This document shows positions 40,670 to 50,004 of a DNA stretch of 64,000 bases, piece by piece. The stretch lies in the NCBI GenBank assembly GCA_963732485.1, contig CAVSZS010000010.1, forward strand, positions 7,573 to 71,572, in the 5' to 3' direction. Positions within the stretch are counted from its first letter, which is position 1, and the number at the start of each line of letters is the position of its first letter. The notes below the pieces were generated by a model. The model had not been told where the DNA came from. It worked only from the letters and a program-made list of their open reading frames with translations, and ran no database searches. This DNA comes from Candidatus Aminicenantes bacterium. Lineage in GTDB: Bacteria > Acidobacteriota > Aminicenantia > UBA2199. A program made the translations under genes and the position numbers.

Positions 40670-42379
40670 TTGCATAAATTACTTTTTTCGGCTTCCGACC
40701 TGCCCGAAGACATCAAGAAAGCGCTGGCGGAAATGGGCTTCGAGGAGGCCACCCCCATCCAGTCGCTGGCCATCCCCGCCGCCCGCCAGGGCCGCGATAT
40801 CATCGGCCAGGCCCAGACCGGCACCGGCAAGACCGCGGCCTTCGGCATCCCGCTGCTGGAAAAGATCGATGTCCAGCAGCGCCATATCCAGGCGCTGGTC
40901 CTCTGCCCCACCCGCGAGCTGGCCATCCAGGTCGCCGAGGAGTTCAAGCGCCTGGGCGCCTACAAGCGCAAGCTGGGGATCGTGCCCGTCTATGGCGGCC
41001 AGCCCATCGAACGCCAGCTGCAGGCGCTGCGCAAGGGGGCGCAGGTCGTCGTCGGCACCCCGGGGCGGGTCATGGACCATCTGCAGCGCGGCACCATCGC
41101 CCTCGACCGCCTGCAGCTGCTCGTCCTCGACGAAGCCGACGAAATGCTCAACATGGGCTTCATCGAGGATATCGAGACCATCCTCAAGACCGTCCCCGCC
41201 AGCCGCCAGACGCTGCTGTTCGCGGCCACCATGCCGGCGCCGATCCTGGCCATCACCAAGCGCTACCTGAAGGACCCGCAGCTGCTGTCGGTGGTCCACG
41301 AGCAGTTGACCGTTCCCAACATCGAGCAGGCCTACGTGGAGGTCCGGGAACAGCAAAAACTTGAGGCCCTCTCGCGCCTCCTCGATACGCTGAACACCGA
41401 GCTGTCGCTGGTTTTCTGCAATACCAAGAAGCGCGTCGACGAGGTCGTCGCCGCCCTCAACACCCGAGGCTACCAGGCCGAGGGGCTGCATGGCGACCTG
41501 AACCAAATCCAGCGCGACCGGGTGATGAACCACTTCCGCAAGGGTGACTTCGCCATCCTGGTCGCCACCGACGTCGCCGCCCGCGGCATCGACGTCAGCG
41601 GCATCGACGTCGTCTTCAACTACGACCTGCCCTGGGACGAGGAAGACTATGTCCATCGCATCGGCCGCACCGCCCGGGCCGGCAAGAGCGGCCGCTCCTA
41701 TACCTTCGTCAGCAACCGCGACCTGCGCAAGCTGCGCGATATCCAGCGCTTCACCGGCACCCATATCCGCCGCCAGCAGATCCCCTCACTGCGCGACGTC
41801 GAGGTTTCCCGCCAGGAGGCCTTTATCGAGAAGGTCAACGGCATTCTCGAAGGCGGCCTTGCCGACCGCCATCTGCGCCTGGCTGAGCGCCTGCTCAGCG
41901 GCGACACCCCGTCGCTCGATGTGACCGCCGCCCTGGTCGGCCTGCTGATCGGCCCGGAACCGGCGCCGGCAACGGAAGACATGAGCAATCTCCGCGAAAG
42001 CGAGGACGACGGCAGCCGCGTGACGGTGATAGCGGCGGTCGGCCGCGAGCACCGGGTCTCCCCCGGCGACATCGTCGGCGCCATTACCGGCGAGACCGGG
42101 TTGACCGGCAAGTCCATCGGCGCCATCCGCATATTCGACCACGTCAGCTTCATCGACATCCCGACCAACACCGCCCAGCGTGTGATCGAGATCATGAACC
42201 GCAGCACCATCCGCAACGTCGCCCCCGAGATGCGCCTGGCCGAGGCCAACGAGATGCCCGTCAGCGCGAAAAAGAGGCCTGGCAAGCCGGGCGCGGCGCC
42301 GGAGCGGCGTATTTACGACAAGAAGCCCTTCGCCAAAACGGGCGCGAAAAAGTTCAAAAAGAAATACGCCCACGGCTGA
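40670..42379 (+). CDS. deaD: DEAD-box ATP-dependent RNA helicase (DeaD/CsdA-like) with DbpA-type C-terminal RNA-binding domain
   Basis: TTG start with AAGGAG 7 nt upstream; Q-motif, AQTGTGKT, PTRELA, DEAD, SAT, HRIGRTARAG; C-terminal DbpA domain and basic tail. Confidence 0.85.
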   Translation: MHKLLFSASDLPEDIKKALAEMGFEEATPIQSLAIPAARQGRDIIGQAQTGTGKTAAFGIPLLEKIDVQQRHIQALVLCPTRELAIQVAEEFKRLGAYKRKLGIVPVYGGQPIERQLQALRKGAQVVVGTPGRVMDHLQRGTIALDRLQLLVLDEADEMLNMGFIEDIETILKTVPASRQTLLFAATMPAPILAITKRYLKDPQLLSVVHEQLTVPNIEQAYVEVREQQKLEALSRLLDTLNTELSLVFCNTKKRVDEVVAALNTRGYQAEGLHGDLNQIQRDRVMNHFRKGDFAILVATDVAARGIDVSGIDVVFNYDLPWDEEDYVHRIGRTARAGKSGRSYTFVSNRDLRKLRDIQRFTGTHIRRQQIPSLRDVEVSRQEAFIEKVNGILEGGLADRHLRLAERLLSGDTPSLDVTAALVGLLIGPEPAPATEDMSNLRESEDDGSRVTVIAAVGREHRVSPGDIVGAITGETGLTGKSIGAIRIFDHVSFIDIPTNTAQRVIEIMNRSTIRNVAPEMRLAEANEMPVSAKKRPGKPGAAPERRIYDKKPFAKTGAKKFKKKYAHG

Positions 42380-42401
42380 ACCGACCGGGCCAAGGCAGCA
42401 C

Positions 42402-42440
42402 GGGTAAAAAAAAAGGGCGGCTTTTTCGGCCGCCCTTCCG
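42402..42440 (-). terminator. Rho-independent terminator between convergent deaD and Met-rich gene (strong for minus strand, hairpin shared)
   Basis: Minus-strand transcript AAGGGCGGC-cgaaaaa-GCCGCCCTT followed by TTTTTTTTTACC. Confidence 0.7.
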
Positions 42441-42461
42441 TAAAAAACTCTTGATTTTCGC

Positions 42462-43184
42462 TTATTTTCCGCGCATGTCGTCCATGGAGAGGGTTTTCTG
42501 CTTGCTGAAGCCGACGGGCACGGAATAGGTTCCGGCCGGGGCGGGCTTCTGGGAGATCTCCACGACCTGGCTGGCTACGCGCATCTTGCTGCCCATCATG
42601 TCCATGGACATTTCCGAAGCCACCTGGAAGCCGGCGATCTTGGCGAACTCGGCGATGGCCGCGTCGTCCATGAACTGCATCTTGGAGACGTTGCTGTACA
42701 TCTTGGTGAATATTCTCCAGTCAAAGGGCACGTCGGTGGAGGCCCAGACCTTCATCTTCATCTGCATCATCATCATGTTCATGTCCACGTCATAGCCGGC
42801 GCAGTTCCACTGGCTGATCCTCTTGGTCTGGCCATTGGCATTGACCTTGACCGTCACCTTCATCATGTTGGCCATGGAGGCGGCTTCCGGGGGCAGGAGC
42901 TTGGTCATATCCAGCGGCAGGGCCGTTTCCACGTAGTTCTTGTCCTTCAGGTTGACGACATACATGAGCTTCTTGGTCATGTCCATGATCATCACCCTGT
43001 CGCCGGTCCTGTTGGCCAGCTGATTGTTGTTCAGCCACTGCTCGGTCACTTCGTCCTTGGCAGGCTGGTTCTGGCCCATCATGGAGAAGGCGTCGGTGTG
43101 GACGTTGGTCTTGATATACACGTCGGCGGGCAGCAGCAGCGCTATTGCCAGGACGACAATCACCATAAATAATGCTTTTTTCAT
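42462..43184 (-). CDS. Methionine-rich (~12% Met) secreted/periplasmic protein, DUF4412-like; possible Cu(I)-binding or Met-sink protein
   Basis: Signal peptide MKKALFMVIVVLAIALLLPA; Met clusters MNMMMMQMKMK, MSMDMMGSKM, MANMMK. Confidence 0.55.
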   Translation of the reverse strand: MKKALFMVIVVLAIALLLPADVYIKTNVHTDAFSMMGQNQPAKDEVTEQWLNNNQLANRTGDRVMIMDMTKKLMYVVNLKDKNYVETALPLDMTKLLPPEAASMANMMKVTVKVNANGQTKRISQWNCAGYDVDMNMMMMQMKMKVWASTDVPFDWRIFTKMYSNVSKMQFMDDAAIAEFAKIAGFQVASEMSMDMMGSKMRVASQVVEISQKPAPAGTYSVPVGFSKQKTLSMDDMRGK

Positions 43185-43242
43185 GATTCCTCCTTGAGAA
43201 CGGAAATCATAGCCCCGGGAGCTGGTTTTGTCAAGAAGGAGA

Positions 43243-43350
43243 GTAGTCAGTAGCCAGTAGTTAGTAGTCAGTAGAACGACAAAGAATTGGACTGTACACT
43301 TGCATTTCGTCCAGTTCTCGCAACTACTGTCTACTGACTACTGACTACTT
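43243..43350. repeat. Second copy of the MITE/BIME-like TCAGTAG inverted-repeat element (33-bp arms, 49-bp spacer)
   Basis: agtagtcagtagccagtagttagtagtcagtag ... ctactgtctactgactactgactact; left arm differs by ~2 nt from 15071-15103. Confidence 0.7.
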
Positions 43351-43482
43351 TTCCTGCTTTGAAACTTTTTGCCCTTTTCATGCGTATTATATTTGGAAGA
43401 AGAAGGAAGGGTTGGCTTCGTACCCCCCCTCTCCCTCCTGAAGGCCTATTGCTTCCTTCTTCTTCCATTCATTCCGACCTCA

Positions 43483-43700
43483 GTGAAAAGTGATTAGTGA
43501 AAAGTGATTTGTAAGAGCCAAACAAAAATCCCTTCGATCTCCTATCTGAACTAAGTGAAAAGTGATTAGTGAAAAGTGATTTGTCAAAACCAAAGAGCAA
43601 CTACTTCGATCACCAGCACGATTGAAATTTATTCTGTTTGATTGCCGCTTCTCTCTACTTTTTACTTTTCACTTTTCACTTTTCACTAATTCTTTGCTTT
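43483..43700. repeat. Tandem ~70-bp duplication each containing GTGAAAAGTGATTA x2, plus inverted partner CTTTTCACTTTTCACTTTTCACTAAT
   Basis: Copies at ~43483-43545 and ~43554-43615; inverted arm 43655-43700; stop codons in all six frames. Confidence 0.65.
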
Positions 43701-43710
43701 CGACGCTCTC

Positions 43711-43740
43711 TTGACACCCATTCGTCATTCCCCCATAATC
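43711..43740 (+). promoter_or_regulatory. queF promoter; predicted leaderless or near-leaderless transcript
   Basis: TTGACA (43711-43716) - 18 nt - CATAAT (43735-43740); ATG at 43746 only 5 nt downstream; no SD. Confidence 0.5.
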
Positions 43741-43745
43741 GGACC

Positions 43746-44147
43746 ATGAAAATAGAAGACATTACGAAATACCTGCAATCCATCCGCCAGGACGCTTTTT
43801 TCATCGACTACGACGTGCTGGAGACCGAGCCCTTCGACAACAAGGACAAGGAAACCAAGGTGGAGATCGTCAATCCCGAGTTCACCTCGCTCTGCCCGCG
43901 CACCGGCCTTCCCGATTACGGCACCATCCGCATCCGCTACACCCCGGAAAAACTGATCGTCGAATTGAAATCCCTCAAGTATTATTTCCTGCAATACCGC
44001 AACGCCGGCATATTCTACGAAAGCCTGTGCAAGCTGATCCTCAAGCACCTGGTCAAGAAAGTGCATCCCGTCGAGATGACGGTCGAGGCCGAGTTCACGC
44101 CCCGGGGCGGGTTGACGACCAAGGTCATTTCGAGCTACAAGAAATAA
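43746..44147 (+). CDS. queF: NADPH-dependent 7-cyano-7-deazaguanine reductase
   Basis: 133 aa; QueF signature EFTSLCPRTGLPDYGTIRIRY (Cys nucleophile). Confidence 0.85.
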   Translation: MKIEDITKYLQSIRQDAFFIDYDVLETEPFDNKDKETKVEIVNPEFTSLCPRTGLPDYGTIRIRYTPEKLIVELKSLKYYFLQYRNAGIFYESLCKLILKHLVKKVHPVEMTVEAEFTPRGGLTTKVISSYKK

Positions 44148-44320
44148 GAATCCGTAATTCGTAATTCGTAAACCGTAATTCGAGAAGAGTTGTTATTGCG
44201 GACTACAAGAAATAAGAATCCGTAAATCGTAATTCGTAAGCTGTAATTCGAGAAGAAATGTTTTTTGCTCGCGTGTTTTTCTTTTCTTCCGAATCACTAA
44301 TCACGAATTACGAATCACTT
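44135..44320. repeat. Tandem 68-bp duplication spanning the last codons of queF (CGTAATT heptamers) plus inverted partner
   Basis: ctacaagaaataagaatccgtaattcgtaattcgtaaaccgtaattcgagaaga (44135-44188) and 90%-identical copy (44203-44256); inverted arm cgaatcactaatcacgaattacgaatcac (44288-44320). Confidence 0.65.
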
Positions 44321-44331
44321 AGTTCCTATCA

Positions 44332-45975
44332 TTAAAGCTCCCTCGCCATCCACGCTTTCCTGCCGCGGCGATAGTAATACGCGATCAGGACGGCGTTGAA
44401 CAGGAGAAAGCCGGCGAACCAGGCGCTGATCTCGGCATAGGGAACGGCCTGGCGGGTGAAGCGCTGCCAGTAGAAGAGCCCCACCGGCCGCACCAGCATG
44501 AGAATGCCGCCGACCAGGTAGATCATGCTCCAGAGCATATAGGAGATGCCCTGCTTGGAGACGATCACGTGCTCGGGCGACAGCGGGTTGGTCTCGTTGG
44601 TCTCGATGCCCAGCACCAGGGAAAGGACGGTCAGGAAGACGATGGCCGGAGTCAGGAAGAACAGGGCCATGACGCGCGTGAAGGCGTCGAAATGCAGGGC
44701 CAGGTCGCCCAGGGCGTAGAGAGCGAAGCCGACGAACAGCAGCGGCAGCAGATGGAACAGGAGTTTGAAGCGGTAGAATTTCAACTTGTCGACAGGTGAG
44801 CTGAAGATGTGGACCTGCCCGGGGCCCTCGCCGGGGATGGAGGTGAAGGTGAAGCGCGAGTTCAAGCCGGAGACGATGAAGACCGCCATGATCAGATTCA
44901 GGTAGGAAACAAAATTCTTTACCGACGGATGCGGCAGGGGAATCATTTTCATGTTGATGACGAAAACGGCAACCAGGGCGCCGACGATGAGCAGCTGCGA
45001 CCATTGCGCCGGCGTGCGCAGGAAAGTCTTGATCTCCTTGCGCAGCAGCGGCCGGTAGCCGCCCCGGGGGTCCAGCGGTCGCCAGCGCGACTTGTAGTAG
45101 CCCTTGCCGCCCCGGTTCAGTTTGTCGAACAGCTGCAGGTAGAACTTTTTGCGCAGCCAGACAACCAGCGCCAGCAGGGCGGCGACCAGCATGACGAAAA
45201 GGCCGATGGTCTTCCAGAAGGGAACGCTGCGGCCATCGGCGCTCAGGCTCATCGCCCTGGCCAGCCATGAGAATGGGAAATAATAGAAGACCTTCAGGTC
45301 CAGGGAGCCCATGTATTTCAGCACATTGTCGATTTCGCTCGGTTCCAGAAACCGCTCGGGCCGCAGCAGCCGCAGAAAGACCACGATGGAGGAGATCAGG
45401 ATGATGGAAAACACCGAGAGCACCGGCTGCAGGCGGCGCACCGAAAAAAAAGCCGGGATGATCAGCCCGAGCGCGATCCCGGCCAGTACCCCGCAGGCGA
45501 TGAAAAGCAGGAAGGCCAGCAGCACCTGCATGACCTGGCCGAATCCGGGAGCGAAATAACGGCAATAGAAAAAGAGGATCGGCAGCGAAAAGAAAACCAC
45601 CATGGCCGAGCTGTAGGTCGTGGTCTCCAGCATTTTCCAGGCAAAGGCGCTGCGGATCGGCAGGGGCGTGGAAAAGAGGAAATGCAGGTCGCGCGATATG
45701 AAGAACACGTCGAGCGCGGTCAGCAGCGCCGAGAGCAGCAGCATGGAAAACAGGGTCATGAAGATCATCATCAGCAGCTTTTCGGCCAGGAACACCCTGA
45801 AGACCCGGGGAAACTCCTGGACCTGCGCCAGGTAGCCGAAAATCTTGTAGAAGAAAAATCCGAGCACCAGCATGAAAAAAATCCCCAGCAGCAGGAACAG
45901 GATGTATTTTTTCTTTTCGCCGCGCACCAGGGCGTTGCGCAGCTGATGATATTTAAGCTTCAGCAGACTTTTCAT
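44332..45975 (-). CDS. Polytopic membrane protein, putative ABC-2-type exporter permease
   Basis: 547 aa, ~12 TM helices; 23-nt overlap with upstream ABC ATPase gene. Confidence 0.55.
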   Translation of the reverse strand: MKSLLKLKYHQLRNALVRGEKKKYILFLLLGIFFMLVLGFFFYKIFGYLAQVQEFPRVFRVFLAEKLLMMIFMTLFSMLLLSALLTALDVFFISRDLHFLFSTPLPIRSAFAWKMLETTTYSSAMVVFFSLPILFFYCRYFAPGFGQVMQVLLAFLLFIACGVLAGIALGLIIPAFFSVRRLQPVLSVFSIILISSIVVFLRLLRPERFLEPSEIDNVLKYMGSLDLKVFYYFPFSWLARAMSLSADGRSVPFWKTIGLFVMLVAALLALVVWLRKKFYLQLFDKLNRGGKGYYKSRWRPLDPRGGYRPLLRKEIKTFLRTPAQWSQLLIVGALVAVFVINMKMIPLPHPSVKNFVSYLNLIMAVFIVSGLNSRFTFTSIPGEGPGQVHIFSSPVDKLKFYRFKLLFHLLPLLFVGFALYALGDLALHFDAFTRVMALFFLTPAIVFLTVLSLVLGIETNETNPLSPEHVIVSKQGISYMLWSMIYLVGGILMLVRPVGLFYWQRFTRQAVPYAEISAWFAGFLLFNAVLIAYYYRRGRKAWMAREL

Positions 45976-46690
45976 GGTCCAGCACCGTCTGGAAATAAAA
46001 CTCCTCCAGGGTCCCCTGTCCGGCCAGGGACATCAGCTCCTCCAGCCCGCCCTGGACAATGATGCGGCCGTCGACGATGACGCCGATGCGCCGGCATACT
46101 TCCTGGGCCAGGGTGAGGATGTGGGTGGCGAATAGGACGGCCGTGCCCCGGCCGGCGACTTCCTTGAGGTATTTCTTGAATTTTTTCCCGACCAGCGGGT
46201 CGATGGAGACCAGCGGCTCGTCGAGCAGCAGCAGCTTCGGTTCCACGGCCAGGGCCTGGGCGATGAGCAGCTTCTGCCGAGTGCCGGCCGAGTAATTCTC
46301 CACCAGCTCTGTCCGGTACTCCTCGAACTCGAAATACTTGAAAAAGAAATCGATCTTTTCCCGGCGTTTGGCATAGGGGATCTTGTACAGGTCGGCGTAG
46401 AAATTCAGGTGCTCTTCGCCGCTCAGCTTGTTATACAGGAACGGCTGGTCGGGAACATAGGCGATCGACCGTTTCAGCTCGTGGTGTTCGCGATGGTACG
46501 CCTGGCCATCGACGACGACGCGCCCCGCATCCGGGGCCAGCAGGCCGGCCAGGATCTTCAGCGTGGTGGTCTTGCCCGCCCCGTTCGGACCCAGCAGCCC
46601 GTAGATTTCGCCGGGCGCCAGGGAGAACGTGACGTCCTTCAGCGCTTCCCTATTGCCGAATTTTTTTTGTAAATTTGTAACGTGGAGCAT
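45953..46690 (-). CDS. ABC transporter ATP-binding protein
   Basis: MLHVTNLQKKFG..., Walker A GPNGAGKTT, signature LSGGEHL-like (YSAGTRQKL), Walker B LLLLDEP, H-loop ATHIL. Confidence 0.8.
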   Translation of the reverse strand: MLHVTNLQKKFGNREALKDVTFSLAPGEIYGLLGPNGAGKTTTLKILAGLLAPDAGRVVVDGQAYHREHHELKRSIAYVPDQPFLYNKLSGEEHLNFYADLYKIPYAKRREKIDFFFKYFEFEEYRTELVENYSAGTRQKLLIAQALAVEPKLLLLDEPLVSIDPLVGKKFKKYLKEVAGRGTAVLFATHILTLAQEVCRRIGVIVDGRIIVQGGLEELMSLAGQGTLEEFYFQTVLDHEKSAEA

Positions 46691-46855
46691 ACGGGCATTG
46701 TAGCATATCGAAGAATAAAGCGAACTACGTGACGCGTGACGCGCCCGGTTGCCGCATCGTTGTTGACAAATTTGTTTCCGTGTGGGAACCTCCAACCTTG
46801 AAAGGAGGAGCCGAATGGCGTTACATGAGTCATGTTCATATTTCGGGTTAACTCA

Positions 46856-47746
46856 ATGCCCCAGATGAAAAACTTTCTTTTCTTCTGTTTGCTGCTTTTG
46901 GAAACCGCCGCTTTTCTTTCTGCTACAATAAAGCATGAATTTCAACTTGCGCTGCACTACTCTATGCCCTTTTTTGATTATCAATTTCAGAATAACGTTC
47001 AACCCCACTTGCTATATAGCGATCCCCTCAGCTCTTCATCAAAACAGACCTTGAACTTCAATGAGCAAAATCAAATACAATTCTCCATGGCCTATAATCT
47101 TTTTTTCTCATCCCGGAACGGAATGCAGATAAAATTCACTGCCGGTTCTGGTCGCTTGGATGGTGAAAATTCCGATGTTGCCCTTAGCCTTGATTATATT
47201 GGCCACCAGCCGCCCTCCTATGAACCGAAGGAAACCCACTACCAGGATGCTCTGGCATGGCCTGCAACTGAAGGAAAAGTCACGCATACTGCTTTAAGCC
47301 TTAATTATCTGCACAGTTTTCAGCTCCATAACGCCTTGCAGTTAAGGACATCAGCCGGATTTTCCCTTGCCAGCCAATCACTTAATTTCAAGTATCTTGC
47401 GTATACCGGATTCATTTTAGGCGGCCACTCCGTTTTATTTGTGGACACCTATATGCTTGAAGCTTTGGGTAAAAATATTGTCCAGCCGGGAATAAACGGT
47501 TCCCTGCAACTGGTTATTAAACTCTCTTCCCGGATCTCGTTTTTATTTGATTCAGAAATTATTCTTACTCCTTTGCGAAATATTTCATTGCAAATTTCCG
47601 ATCAGGCACTGTTATATCCAGACACTCCCATAACGTTAACCCGGGATAATTTGCAGGAAATAAACACGAGCATGCCAGTAGCTCCCTTAAAATATAATGG
47701 TTCCAGATGCAGCGCGAATTTTGGCCTGCTGATCAAATTAAATTAA
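46856..47746 (+). CDS. Hypothetical exported protein, possibly outer-membrane beta-barrel; AT-rich (~42% GC) island
   Basis: Signal peptide MPQMKNFLFFCLLLLETAAFLSA (alternative start ATG 46865); alternating amphipathic beta-strand pattern; low GC vs flanks. A 17-codon uORF with perfect AAAGGAGG SD (46815-46868) ends in ATGA at 46865. Confidence 0.45.
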   Translation: MPQMKNFLFFCLLLLETAAFLSATIKHEFQLALHYSMPFFDYQFQNNVQPHLLYSDPLSSSSKQTLNFNEQNQIQFSMAYNLFFSSRNGMQIKFTAGSGRLDGENSDVALSLDYIGHQPPSYEPKETHYQDALAWPATEGKVTHTALSLNYLHSFQLHNALQLRTSAGFSLASQSLNFKYLAYTGFILGGHSVLFVDTYMLEALGKNIVQPGINGSLQLVIKLSSRISFLFDSEIILTPLRNISLQISDQALLYPDTPITLTRDNLQEINTSMPVAPLKYNGSRCSANFGLLIKLN

Positions 47747-47813
47747 TTTAAAACCATAAAATCTATCGGTCTTCATTCAAACTACTTATTGCTATAAAAG
47801 TTTTTTAAATTCT

Positions 47814-49861
47814 TTACTTTTCTGTGAATGTCCAGCAGCCGTCCCAATTCTCCGGCGGGTTGTCCAACAGGTACTGGCAGCGCTTGGCGAAGACCTGTGC
47901 CGGCCCATCGGCGGTTAGCGCCGCGAAGACGTGCCGGGCGGCGGCGAAATCTCCGGCAAAATACAACTGCAGTCCCCTCTCAAACTCCGCCAGGGGGCCG
48001 GACGCGTCCGCGGGCATGTCGGCCTGCGCCGCCACCACTTCGAATATCTCCTCGGCCACCTGCTTGCCCTTGACGCGCACGCGGTCGAGGCGGCGCAGGA
48101 CCAGCTCTCCCGCCGCCATCCGCGCCGAGAGCGAGCCGCAGATGACCCGGGTGCCATACTGCTTGTTGATCCCCTCCAGGCGTGAAGCCAGGTTGACGGC
48201 GTCGCCGATGACCGTGTATTCGAAGCGCCGGCGCGAACCGATGTTGCCCACGATGACCTCGCCGCTGTTGACGCCCACGCGCATGCCCAGGCGCGGCAGG
48301 CCGGCGGCCTCGAATTCGTCGTTCAGCGCCAGCAGCTTCTCCTGGCAGCGCAGGGCCGCGCGCATGGCGAGCGCGGCCTGGCGCTCGGCGGGCAGCGGCG
48401 CCCCCCAGAAGGCCATGATGGCGTCGCCCTCGAACTTGTTGACAAAGCCGCCCTCTTCCATGATCACCGCGGTCATGCGGTCGAGGTAGGTGTTGAGAAT
48501 GCCGACCACTTCCTCGGCGGGACGCTTTTCCGAAATGCTGGTGAAGCCGGCCAGGTCGGAGAAAAATACGGTCACCGTCTTTTTTTCGCCGCCCAGGTGC
48601 AGGCCGGCGGGGTTTTTCTTGATCTCGGCCAGCAGCGAGTCGGACATGTAGCCCTTGAAGGCGCTCTCGATGAACTTCTTTTCGCGGCGCACGCACCTGG
48701 TAGCGGACATAGGCGTCGTAGCCGGAGCAGACGACCAGGCCCAGGAACAAGGGGATGAAATCCAGGTCGAGGCCGGCGCGGAACAGGAGAAAATTCCCGG
48801 CCAGGGCCAGGACGATGATGATCAGCGCCGCCAGCAGCTGCCAGGTCAACGCCTTGATCCTGCGCAGGAACAAGTTCAGCAGGACGATTGCCAGCAGGAC
48901 CAGCAGCCACTGCAGCCAGGGATGCGGCCACGCGGACGAAGTCGCGCTGCAGCAGGTTGGCCAGCGCCGTGGCGTGCAGTTCAAACCCGCTGCCGTCGGC
49001 ATTGACCGGGGTGGCGCGGTTGTCCAGCAGGCCGGTCGCCGTGGCCCCGATGATGACGATCTTGTCCTTGATTTCGGCAAGCGGTACGAGCGGTGCCTCG
49101 CCCGCATCGCGCCTGACCTGCGACTGGATCAGCTCGGATATCGCGTAGGTGCGGAAACTGTTCTTGCGGTAAAAACGGAGATTCAAGCCGCCGTCGGCGG
49201 CGAAGGGGACCTTCTCCAGTTCGAGTCCCGGGTCGGCGTACAGGGCCACGGCCAGGGCGAAGGAAGGATAAACGCGTTGGCCGCGGCGCGTGAAATGCCG
49301 GACGCGGCGGTAGATGTGGTCTCGTTCGGGGTCTGCCTGCACGTTGCCGCCGCCGCGCGCTGCGGAGCGCAGCAGGGGCAGCGGCAGCTGCACCGGCCCC
49401 TCGCGGACCGGCAGCCGCGACAGCGGAGGCGCGGCAGACAAGGCGAACCGCTCCACCGCGATCGCGCCGGCGCCCCCCTCTCCGCTCAGGAAGACCAGCG
49501 GCAGGAATACGCGCCCGGACCTGTTCATCGAGGCTGCCAGCCAATCGTCCTCGCCGTCATAGAGGCCGGGTTCGCTGAAAACCAGGTCGACGGCTACGGC
49601 CTTGGCGCCGGCCGCGGCAAGATAGTCGATGGCCCGCGCGTACAGGCTGCGCGGCCAGGGCCAGGAGACATTGAATTCGCGGCTGTAAAAATCGATGCTC
49701 CCCTGGTCGATCTTGACCAGGACGACTCGGGGCGGGGCGGGCGGGCTGAACAGGCGGACCTTCTGATCGTAGATCTTCGCCTCGTACAGGGTGGAGAAAA
49801 GGCTGCCCAGGGAAAAGGTGACGGCGAAGATCAGCGCCGTCGACAGCCAGAAGCGCTTCAA
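47814..49861 (-). CDS. CHASE2 sensor domain - TM - class III adenylate/guanylate cyclase, with two apparent frameshifts (~48930 and ~48700)
   Basis: CHASE2 extracytoplasmic domain (49861 down to ~48950), TM block PWLQWLLVLLAIVLLNLFLRRIKALTWQLLAALIIIVLALAGNFLLFRAG in a second frame, cyclase catalytic domain (FSDLAGFTSISE..., FEGDAIMAFWGAP, RVGVNSGEVIVGNIG) in a third. Confidence 0.65.
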
Positions 49862-50004
49862 TTTCAGCGGCGGGGAACGGAGCGGCGGAACCTGGCGGTC
49901 CGGGCCTGTCTGCCGTCCTGGCCCGCTCCCGGCGTGACGCTGGCCGAAACGTAGGCGATGCGCTTGGCGGCGGCGGGATGGGCCGAAAAGACCTTGGCTT
50001 TTTT

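Noticed and set aside
43483-43700. CRISPR array
   Set aside because: Only two tandem copies of ~70 bp with internal 14-nt sub-repeats; no regular repeat-spacer periodicity, no cas genes.
43185-43745. preQ1 riboswitch upstream of queF
   Set aside because: The promoter -10 ends 5 nt before the ATG, leaving no leader; no preQ1-I consensus (…AGAGGTTCTAGCTACACCCTCT…) seen.
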